64,000 nucleotides of DNA from contig CAVZJB010000005.1 of NCBI GenBank assembly GCA_963775425.1, positions 352,001 to 416,000 on the forward strand. The letters run 5' to 3'. How positions within the stretch are numbered: the first letter of the stretch is position 1; the number at the start of each line of letters is the position of its first letter. This document shows positions 38,901-45,876 of the stretch, piece after piece. Below the pieces are notes generated by a model that saw nothing but the letters and a program-made list of their open reading frames with translations, was not told the origin of the DNA and ran no database searches. The DNA is from an uncultured delta proteobacterium. GTDB lineage: Bacteria > Myxococcota > UBA727 > VGSZ01. A program made the translations under genes and the position numbers.

Positions 38901-40246
38901 TCCGCGCGCGCCTCGTCCCCCAGGGCCGCGAGCCTCGCGCGCGCTCGGTCCACCAGGGCGGCGAGCGCGGGGTCCGCGGCTTCGGTGGCCTCCGCCGCAA
39001 CCGCGTCGAGCACGAGCCGCGCGGTGTCGCGCAGCGCGGCGCGGTCGAGCGTCCGGCGGAGCGCGCGCTCGTCGTCGTCGGCGACCGCGCGCAGCGGGGC
39101 GAGCTCGGCGTCGAGCCCCATGTCGGCGAGGGCGGACGCGAGGCCGGTGCGCTGCAGGAAGCCGATGAGCGGCGCCCCCGAGCGCGCGGTGGCGCCGAGC
39201 TTGCGCTTGACGATGGTGCGCAGCGTGTACGCGATGTCGACGACGTCGCCCTGCGGCGGTGCGCGGCCCGCCTTCTTGTAGGCGTGGCGGATGCTCCCGA
39301 GCGCGTCGTCGTCGGGCCTCGTGCCGCCGGTCTGCTCGCGCCACCACGCCGCCGACGCCGCCAGGTTCCCCTCGCGCCGGTGCCGCGCGACCGCCCGGCG
39401 CAGCTCCGCCTCGCCGTCCTCGTCGAAGGAGAGCTGCGGATAGCGGGCGAGCAGCTTGAGCGCGCGCACGGCGTGGCTGAGCCGGCCGTAGGGCTCGCCG
39501 TCGCCGAAGAAGACGTGCACGTGCCCGGCCTCGAGGTCGGCGAGGCCGCGGCCCGAGAAGTCGAAGAGCGTGCCGTCGGCGAGCACGCCGAGCTTGTCGA
39601 TGGTGGCGCCGCGCCGCGTACCCCACGGCGCCGGCTTTTTGAGATCGGCGGCGAAGTCGACCTTCACCTCGGGGGCGATCTCCTTGCACAGCGCGAGCGC
39701 CTCGTCGCGAAACGCGGGGTAGCCGGGCTCCGAGGAGTCATAGAGGAAGTCGATGTCCGAGCCGGCGCCGCGCGCCTCGCCGAGGAGCAGGTCGCGCGCG
39801 CTCCCGCCCCAGACGCCGAAGGTCACGCCGCGCCTCTTCGACAGATCGAAGAGCGCCCGCAGGAGCGCGTCGTCCCGCGCGGCGCGCTCGACGACGGCGC
39901 GGGCCGAGCGCGCCGCGCCGTGGCCGCCCTCGGTACCCGCGCGCTCTCCGCCGCCGGGCCCGGCGCGCCCGACGGGCAGCCGGGCCAGCACCGCGGCCGC
40001 CTCGGCGGGTCCGGTGGCGACGTCTCGCCAGGTGAGGCGCGCTCGCTCGCGCGCCGTCGACGCGTCGCCCGCTTCGCCCGCGTCGAACGCGTCGAGCCCG
40101 CCCGCGCGCGCGCCCTCCGCCGCGACGACGTCGACGACGTCGACGCCGTCTGCGACGAGACCCGCGGGCGCGTCGACGACGGCGGCCCCCGCGTCGGCGG
40201 GACGCGGGGGCGGCTTGCGCGGCGGACCAGGCGGGCCGGGCTTCAT
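35963..40246 (-). CDS. 1427-aa multidomain nucleotide-processing protein: CCA/poly(A)-polymerase-like head + PNP/UDP nucleoside phosphorylase-like domain + minimal nucleotidyltransferase
   Basis: VWGGSARDLLLG...SDIDF, RRGATIDKL, LFDFSGRGLADLEAG; VVVAGTAGG..LGDLVLP, AVEMES, IVSD; LHLMGGITKARFGGGSDLDLLV. Pro-rich N-terminus. Confidence 0.75.
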   Translation of the reverse strand: MKPGPPGPPRKPPPRPADAGAAVVDAPAGLVADGVDVVDVVAAEGARAGGLDAFDAGEAGDASTARERARLTWRDVATGPAEAAAVLARLPVGRAGPGGGERAGTEGGHGAARSARAVVERAARDDALLRALFDLSKRRGVTFGVWGGSARDLLLGEARGAGSDIDFLYDSSEPGYPAFRDEALALCKEIAPEVKVDFAADLKKPAPWGTRRGATIDKLGVLADGTLFDFSGRGLADLEAGHVHVFFGDGEPYGRLSHAVRALKLLARYPQLSFDEDGEAELRRAVARHRREGNLAASAAWWREQTGGTRPDDDALGSIRHAYKKAGRAPPQGDVVDIAYTLRTIVKRKLGATARSGAPLIGFLQRTGLASALADMGLDAELAPLRAVADDDERALRRTLDRAALRDTARLVLDAVAAEATEAADPALAALVDRARARLAALGDEARAEPPAPRAHGLSRGDADAVAAAALVAAGASVERAGALVAAAAEALTHTRGELTFRDRFALLPAQPLPQVDGAPVPLELVRAGYFPEVDAVDPSAPHSMHDVDGYVRARLWPAVIDDVVAHGRIVEIHEGSREATFASLAARGFGEVARVEVPKGERFNQLWLAKNAESGELRWVMTELWGFERVFHQQLLWRMAGVSGKNIELRREPMRADVEAVRSYTRAVLATGQAPDLVVVGFVNTFKRDLARRAAAAAAVDVLAAVPADARPPAVAEALALVERGRGAQSAAHFVFRRKRAVESVERAVASLQERAARASARTTPNQAALVDAARALADGSAAYVADVGGDMLDQAALVVRTSDGRPKALRIVRMPYGELARHLGTALLEQGVQKVVVAGTAGGLGVDSALGDLVLPSRIEAHDGRALRVDNLLKPYIDDAGLAATLEAKTALVRSPLEETAELIADMRIAGFDAVEMESGFFAQAFEDSYIDFGALHIVSDLPGTEQTLEAHLADGAVKHAFDEAGDALLASMDIVSVEPLTTPEHLSPAPPTAFARAAGLAERILGDRFAGPEYTLMRTNAARYLLNGLPWRIFESADLAFLAERPERLRMSSRWAEKLERDLAAPYTDAEALAALKKKEGDLLHAARVLLRDPRAKDASLHLMGGITKARFGGGSDLDLLVDSPDKSFVDWALHSEVGVLNEGAKEIRLGELAFARARAERYAGFVELGKVGDVAAKAAPLVDVLKASFANIGMRFDEATGHVEVLGDVTALDVAPEVPESDEHVLEHEKRYAPLFDTRALLRYLDAGIDPRELRAFSRDALVEIGVTLLDRFFVAGLDLDRLSDFVVGDAAAAFFDGPRGRAVLEAHGVNDAHGLVKKGPAALGDALRALGPEEVFDLAGVSDPLERLAMLLAGFEAAKRDAESASVSRAVAAAAAASGKAPAKKKPKERVDPAPAMFASMKERFLETVGAAARPAVTVRAG

Positions 40247-40252
40247 CGACGC

Positions 40253-42112
40253 TCAGCCGACCACGAGCACCGAAGCGGTGACGTTGTCGCTCTTGCCGCG
40301 TCCGTCGAGGACGTGCTCCTTGGCGTAGTCGATGATCGCCTGCGTCACGCCGGCCGCGTCCTTGCCCGGGATGAGCGAGGCGATCTCGCGCGTGGTGCGC
40401 TCGCCGTTCAGCTCGCTCCAGGGCTTGCCCGCGGCAAAGTCCTTCTTCTGCGCCGACAGGTTGGCGTCGGCCACGCCGTCGCTCACGCAGACGATGACGT
40501 CGCCCTTTTCGACGTTGAAGCGCGAGTAGTCCGCCTGCGGGTTGTCGCCGCCGAGGCAGGCCGTGATGACGTTGGCGACCTTGAGGCCGGCGTTGGGGTC
40601 GCCCGATCGCTTGGCCATCTCGTCGCCCAGGTTGTGCGCTTCGGTCTGGCCCTTCAGGCGGCCGTTCTTGTCGAACACCATCACCGCGGAGTCGCCGCAG
40701 TTGACGACGTGCGCGACGCCGTTTTGCACCACGGCGGCGGCGAACGTGGTGGCCGCGTTGGCGTGCAGGCCCTTCACCTCGCGGTCCGCGTCGACGACGG
40801 CGCCCTTCATGAGCGCCTCCGCGGAGCCGCCCGCGGCGATCTTCTGCGCGGCGTCGGCGAAGGTCCTGGCCGCGATGAGGCTGGCGGCGCCGGTCTGGTT
40901 CTTGACGTGCCCCTCACCGCCCGCCTGATCGAACGCGCCCGCGAACGCGGTCTCGTGCGCGACGCCCTTGCCCTTCGGGATGACGCCGAGGACCGCGCCG
41001 TCCTCGTTGTAGTCGGCGTAGCCGATGCCGCGCCACGTGAACACCGCGCCGCTGACGCCGGCGCCGCGCACGGTGTCGGGCCGCGTGGACTCGAAGCCGC
41101 CGGCGGCCACGAGCACCTGCGGGTCCACGCGTCGCGGCTCCGCTTCTTCGGCGACGGCGGCGGAGGCGTTCGCGCGACCTGCTCGCATGTCGCCGAGGTG
41201 CTTGGCGAGGCTCTTTCCGAGCGTGGTGAGCTGTTCGAGCCCGAGCATCCTCTGTCCGCCCTCTTCCCTGCGCGTGCCGGTGAGCCCGCCCGGGCCCGAG
41301 CCCGTCACCCACACCCGCCCTTCCGGCGTATCGATGCAGTCGCCGATCTTGAGCGGGTTCGCCTCCACGACCTGCGCGGCGGCGAGGTTCTTGGTGTTTA
41401 CCGAGCCGTCAACGTCGAGGAACTCGGCGACGAGCGCGCCCGCGCCGACGCTCTGCACGACGCCCAGGCTCGCCGAGCCGTCGCTGCGGGGGACCGAGAG
41501 CAGATCGCCGGGCGCATAGCGGTCGAGGCCGGCGATGCTGCCGCCGTGCTGTGCCAGCGCGCCGAGGTCGAGCCAGCCGTACTCGGGCTCGGGATGCTCC
41601 TTGACCCACTCCAGGTTCTTGCGCATGCCCTCGACGACGTCACCGCCGCGGTCCTCGGCGGCGATGCGCAGGGTGTGGATGGCCGGCACGAGGTCGTTTT
41701 GCAGGCGCTCGCGCACGTCGCGCGGGAGCATGTTCATGATGGCGGGCTCGAAGAGCGCCGCGATGTGATCGAGGCGCTGCCCGGCGCGGCCGAGGAGGTC
41801 GAGCTCGTTCTCGGTGACGAGGCCGTCGCGGTAGACCTCGGCGAGCTCGCCGACCGCCTTGTTTAGCTGCGTCTGTATCGCCTGGGTCCCCTGCTCGGAC
41901 GTCTTGGGCGCCTTGTCCAGGAGCGCGCTCATGCTCGGCAACAGGCCGCGCCCCTTGAGCGCGGCGCGCGCCTTGAGGAACTCGTCGACGTCACCGGGCT
42001 TGAGGAGCGCCGTGACCTCGGCCATGGCCGCCTTCTCTTTGGGCTTGGCGACCCCGTCGGCGACGGCGAGCTGGGGGATCTTGGGACGCGGGGAGCCGAC
42101 GCGCACGCTCAT
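40253..42112 (-). CDS. PP2C/PPM-like phosphatase with long N-terminal helical and SH3/Tudor-like regions
   Basis: YNEDG, AFDQAGGEG, ATTFAAA, NCGDSA, AHNL, NVITACLGG, CVSDGV, GKSDNVT. Confidence 0.8.
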   Translation of the reverse strand: MSVRVGSPRPKIPQLAVADGVAKPKEKAAMAEVTALLKPGDVDEFLKARAALKGRGLLPSMSALLDKAPKTSEQGTQAIQTQLNKAVGELAEVYRDGLVTENELDLLGRAGQRLDHIAALFEPAIMNMLPRDVRERLQNDLVPAIHTLRIAAEDRGGDVVEGMRKNLEWVKEHPEPEYGWLDLGALAQHGGSIAGLDRYAPGDLLSVPRSDGSASLGVVQSVGAGALVAEFLDVDGSVNTKNLAAAQVVEANPLKIGDCIDTPEGRVWVTGSGPGGLTGTRREEGGQRMLGLEQLTTLGKSLAKHLGDMRAGRANASAAVAEEAEPRRVDPQVLVAAGGFESTRPDTVRGAGVSGAVFTWRGIGYADYNEDGAVLGVIPKGKGVAHETAFAGAFDQAGGEGHVKNQTGAASLIAARTFADAAQKIAAGGSAEALMKGAVVDADREVKGLHANAATTFAAAVVQNGVAHVVNCGDSAVMVFDKNGRLKGQTEAHNLGDEMAKRSGDPNAGLKVANVITACLGGDNPQADYSRFNVEKGDVIVCVSDGVADANLSAQKKDFAAGKPWSELNGERTTREIASLIPGKDAAGVTQAIIDYAKEHVLDGRGKSDNVTASVLVVG

Positions 42113-42555
42113 GGCAGCTCCCTGGTGACGACGGCGCGCGCCGACGGCGAGCGCTCCGCGAGCGCCCGCGCGGCCGCGAAATCCACCTCGGCGCTCTTCT
42201 TGTCGGAGAGGCCGAGGAGCTCCGCACGCATGAGGAGCGCGCGAGCGACGTCACCGCCGGACTTTGCGACGTCTGCGTCGATGAAGCGCGTGAGGGCGTC
42301 GACGGCGGCGGCGCTGCAGCCGGCGGCCTGCTCGACGGCGCCGAGGTGCAGCAGGTGCTGCGCGTTGGCGGGATCGAGGGCGACGAGGCCGGTGAAGACG
42401 GTGCGGGCGACGTCGAAGCGCTGCGACTGCAGCGCCGCCGCGCCCACGCGGGCGATGGCGTCGATGTCCGCCGGCGACAGCCGGCCCGCGTCCTTGAGGG
42501 CGACGTGCCCGTCGACGATGCCCTGAAGGAGGGCGAGGGCGTTTTCGGTTTGCAT
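42109..42555 (-). CDS. Small TPR protein resembling SycD/LcrH class II type III secretion chaperones
   Basis: LKDAGRLSPADIDAIARVGAAALQSQRFDVARTVFTGLVALDP..HLLHLGAVEQ matches the LcrH-type first TPRs as I recall them. About 150 aa. Alternative GTG start at 42564. Confidence 0.6.
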   Translation of the reverse strand: MQTENALALLQGIVDGHVALKDAGRLSPADIDAIARVGAAALQSQRFDVARTVFTGLVALDPANAQHLLHLGAVEQAAGCSAAAVDALTRFIDADVAKSGGDVARALLMRAELLGLSDKKSAEVDFAAARALAERSPSARAVVTRELP

Positions 42556-42567
42556 GGCGGTCACATG

Positions 42568-43302
42568 CTACCCCACTGCCGGCGGGAGCAACTTGCGCCC
42601 GGGCACACCCCAGTCCTCCACGGTCCAGCCCCGCCTGCGGGCCACCCGGCGCAAGCGGAGATCGGGGCTGACGACGACGGGGTGCCCGACCGCCTCGAGC
42701 ATGGGCAGGTCCGAGGCGCTGTCCGTGTAGAACGCGCACTCGGACAGGGCGATGGAGAGCTTCTGCGCGCACGCTTCGGCGTGCGCCACCTTGCCGGCGC
42801 CGTAGCACACGGGCTCGACGGGCTCGCCGGTGAAGACGCCGTCATCGACGACGAAGCGGTTGGCGAGGAAGCCGTCGCACCCAAGCACGTCGGCGATGGG
42901 AGCGCTCAGGTAGTTCGTCGACGACGTCAACAAGAAGCAGAGATCGCCCGCGTCCTTGTGGCGCCGGATGGCGTCGCGCGCGCCGGGGCGGATGGTGCCG
43001 ATCAGCTCTTCGCGCCAGAACTCCAGCGTCCGATCGATGACGTCGCGCTCCCTGGCGCCGCGCAACGTCTTGATGGCCACGCGGATGACGTCGTCGGCCT
43101 CGATGAGCCCGAGGCCGTACAAGCCCACCCAGAAGCTCGCGCGCAAAGCTTGCAGCCGCGTGATGTGACCGGAGCGAAGCTCGCGCCGCACCCAGAGCGC
43201 CGCCGAGTTCACGGCGAGCACGGTCTTGTCGACGTCGAAGAACGCGATTGCCGTCACTGCCGAGCTCGCCGACGGGGAATCTGCCGTCGCCGGACGTCCC
43301 AT
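42568..43302 (-). CDS. HAD-IB family hydrolase (SerB/PSPase-like)
   Basis: FFDVDKT, LLTSS, GAGK, FYTDSASDLPML..VG.P. Start may be GTG 43257. Confidence 0.88.
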   Translation of the reverse strand: MGRPATADSPSASSAVTAIAFFDVDKTVLAVNSAALWVRRELRSGHITRLQALRASFWVGLYGLGLIEADDVIRVAIKTLRGARERDVIDRTLEFWREELIGTIRPGARDAIRRHKDAGDLCFLLTSSTNYLSAPIADVLGCDGFLANRFVVDDGVFTGEPVEPVCYGAGKVAHAEACAQKLSIALSECAFYTDSASDLPMLEAVGHPVVVSPDLRLRRVARRRGWTVEDWGVPGRKLLPPAVG

Positions 43303-43360
43303 GCAACAACTGTTGCACTTGCGACGGGGGGCCCGGCCGGGCGAGCGTCACCCGGTGTCG

Positions 43361-43750
43361 ATGGTGCTCAGGAGTGGCGCCTGTTGGCGCGCAGAGGCCG
43401 AGGGCGACGTTGTCGTCGTCATCGTGTGGAAGCGCGCAGATCAAACGCGCGATGAGCACGTGCGCGACATGAAGGACACCGTGGCGGTCCTCGTCCCCCT
43501 CGCCGGCGACGGCTACCGCGGGCTCGTCTACGACCTCCGCGACGCCCCTTCGACCTGGGGGCCCATCACGCACAAGGCGTTCGTCGACGTGCTGTCGGTC
43601 TGGGACGTGGCAGCCAGGCCCAGCGCCGTCGTCGCCGCCGACGAAGCCATCGCGCGCCTCGGCGTCCGCGCCCTCGTGAGCGAGGGCGCGCCTCGCCACG
43701 GCAGGGCCTGCGCCAGCATCGAAGAAGCCATGGCCTACGCGGCTGGTTGA
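43361..43750 (+). CDS. Hypothetical STAS/SEC14-like small protein
   Basis: GLVYDLRDAP..WGP and C-terminal SIEEAMAY pattern typical of myxobacterial STAS-like proteins. ATG at 43361. Confidence 0.5.
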   Translation: MVLRSGACWRAEAEGDVVVVIVWKRADQTRDEHVRDMKDTVAVLVPLAGDGYRGLVYDLRDAPSTWGPITHKAFVDVLSVWDVAARPSAVVAADEAIARLGVRALVSEGAPRHGRACASIEEAMAYAAG

Positions 43751-43754
43751 GGGC

Positions 43755-45224
43755 TCAACCAATCTCTTCTTGCCGGCCGAACATCAGGCGGACGAGGGGC
43801 TCGTCATCGTCGGCGGTGACGACGTAGATGTGGTCGTTCTGCTGCAGCTCGACGTCGCCGCGCGGAGCGAGCAGCGTGGCGCCGCGCACGATGACCATGA
43901 GGCTCGAGCCGTGGGGGAAAGGCAGGTCGCGGATGGCGACGCCCGCGGCCGCGGACGCTCGATCGATGGTGAAGGCGAGCACCTTGCCGTCGAGCTCCCG
44001 CGTCGACGTCACCTCGAGCACGGCCGGCGCCGGCGGCGGCTCGCCCGACGTGAGCCCGAGCTTCTCGGTGACGAAGCGAACGGTGCTCCCGGGGACGATC
44101 GCGTTCACGAGCACGATGAAGAACACGAGGTGGAAGGTCTGCACGGCCCCCGCCGCCCCCGCCGTCACCGGAAACGTCGCGAGGATGATGGGCACGGCGC
44201 CGCGCAGCCCCACCCAGGCGACGTAGAGCACCTCGCGCGACGGCCAGCGAAAGGGCAGGAGGCAGACGAACGCCGCCAGGGGGCGCGCGGCGACGGCGAG
44301 GGCGAGGCCGAGCGCGAGGCCGAGCGGGGCTTCGTCGACGAGCATCTGCGGCGACACGAGCAGGCCGAACACCAGGAACATGCCCACCTGCGCCACCCAG
44401 GCGGCGGCGTCGTGGACGCGCAGGAGCCCCGAGCGAAACGGCAGCGCCGTGTTCCCGACGATGACGGCCACGATGTAGACCGAGATGAAGCCGCTGCCGC
44501 GCACGAGCGTGGGCACCGCGTAGGCGACGAGCGCGACGGCCAGCGTCACCACCGGGTACAGGCCGGTGGCGACGAGGTGGGCGCGGCGCAGGAGCACGCG
44601 CGCCCCGAAGCCGATGAGGAAGCCGGCGCCGATCCCGAGGACCAGCTCGCGCACGACGGTGAACGCGATGTGCCACGACGGCTCCTCGCCGCTGATGACG
44701 AGGTGGGTGAACGCCACCGTGAGGATGACGGCCATGGGATCGTTGAGGCCGGACTCGAGCTCGAGCGTGATGCCGAGCCGGCGGCGCAACTGCAGGCCGC
44801 TGCCGCGCAGGACCGAGAACACCGCGGCCGCGTCCGTCGACGACACGATGGCACCCATGAGAGCGGCGCGGCGCGGCTCCACGCCGAACGCCCATGCGAC
44901 GAGCGCGACGACGGTGCCGGTGATGACGACGCCGACGGTGGCGAGGAGCGCCGCAGGCCGGAGGCCGAGCTTCAAGAGGCCCGCGGGCGTGTTGAGGCCG
45001 CCGTCGAAGAGGATGACGACGAGGGCGACGATGCCGAGGTTGTAGCCGAAGGAGAAGTCGTGGAGGCTGACGCCGAAGGCGCTGCCGGCGAGCACGCCGA
45101 CGCCGAGGAACACCAGCGTGACCGGCACGCCGAGCCGGCCCGAGAAGCGGCTGGTCAGCGCGGCGATGCCCATCAGCACGCCGACCGTGGCGAGGACCGC
45201 CGCATGGGTGTTCGGCTCATCCAA
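43755..45224 (-). CDS. K+/H+ antiporter (CvrA/NhaP2 family) with TrkA_C domain
   Basis: ILFDGG, SSTDAAAVF, LELESGLNDPMA, GLRGAVPIILA, RCK_C tail. TTG 45224 after GAGGGG. Confidence 0.92.
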   Translation of the reverse strand: MDEPNTHAAVLATVGVLMGIAALTSRFSGRLGVPVTLVFLGVGVLAGSAFGVSLHDFSFGYNLGIVALVVILFDGGLNTPAGLLKLGLRPAALLATVGVVITGTVVALVAWAFGVEPRRAALMGAIVSSTDAAAVFSVLRGSGLQLRRRLGITLELESGLNDPMAVILTVAFTHLVISGEEPSWHIAFTVVRELVLGIGAGFLIGFGARVLLRRAHLVATGLYPVVTLAVALVAYAVPTLVRGSGFISVYIVAVIVGNTALPFRSGLLRVHDAAAWVAQVGMFLVFGLLVSPQMLVDEAPLGLALGLALAVAARPLAAFVCLLPFRWPSREVLYVAWVGLRGAVPIILATFPVTAGAAGAVQTFHLVFFIVLVNAIVPGSTVRFVTEKLGLTSGEPPPAPAVLEVTSTRELDGKVLAFTIDRASAAAGVAIRDLPFPHGSSLMVIVRGATLLAPRGDVELQQNDHIYVVTADDDEPLVRLMFGRQEEIG

Positions 45225-45302
45225 AGACGCAAACCCCCTCGACGATGATGATGCGCGCATCCACCGGAGCCGTCGACGTCGAGACGCTTGACGACGATGC
45301 GT

Positions 45303-45872
45303 TCACATGTCGACGAAGCGCTCGAGCTTCTCGCGGATACGGCGGGTGTCGACGTCGGTCCACCCTTCGGGCACGGCGACCTGCAGCTCGTAGGTGGCGC
45401 CGCTGTCGAGGTCGGTCCCGTGGAGGGTGAGCGCGCCACCGGCGACGGTGACCTCCCGGAAGCGGAGGCTGCCGACGCCGTAGGGGCGAAAGCCGCCCCG
45501 CTTCTGGATGAAGACGCCGTCGTCGGAGAAGAACACCAGGCCGTCCTTCCGGCTCACCCAGGCGGCGTCGCGCTCGCGGTCGAGCCGCTGCGCCTGCTTG
45601 AGCGCGCGGCGGCGGTAGAAGTGGACGACGGGGCCGAGCGGAATGAAGAACAGGCCGAGGTACCCGACCATGAACGCCGCCTGCCACATGTCGGTCACCG
45701 CGACGCCCGCGGTGGCGAGGATGGGCCCGAGCACGCTGATCCATGAGCCCACGCGCGAACGCCCGGTGGAGCGACGCATGGTCTCGATGTGCTCGGCCAC
45801 GTCGTGGGCGACGTTCTGGGAGAACGTGATCCCGTGGGCGGCGCTCGAGGAGGGGACCAGCGAAGTCGTCAC
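45303..45872 (-). CDS. Hypothetical membrane protein (2 TM)
   Basis: Two hydrophobic segments followed by a soluble beta domain. GTG 45872 lies just after the ileS stop. Confidence 0.55.
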   Translation of the reverse strand: MTTSLVPSSSAAHGITFSQNVAHDVAEHIETMRRSTGRSRVGSWISVLGPILATAGVAVTDMWQAAFMVGYLGLFFIPLGPVVHFYRRRALKQAQRLDRERDAAWVSRKDGLVFFSDDGVFIQKRGGFRPYGVGSLRFREVTVAGGALTLHGTDLDSGATYELQVAVPEGWTDVDTRRIREKLERFVDM

Positions 45873-45876
45873 GCGC

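Noticed and set aside
39430-39850. Housekeeping CCA-adding enzyme or PcnB
   Set aside because: The RRD and EDxxR motifs are altered and the domain sits in a 1427-aa multidomain protein, so no gene symbol was given.
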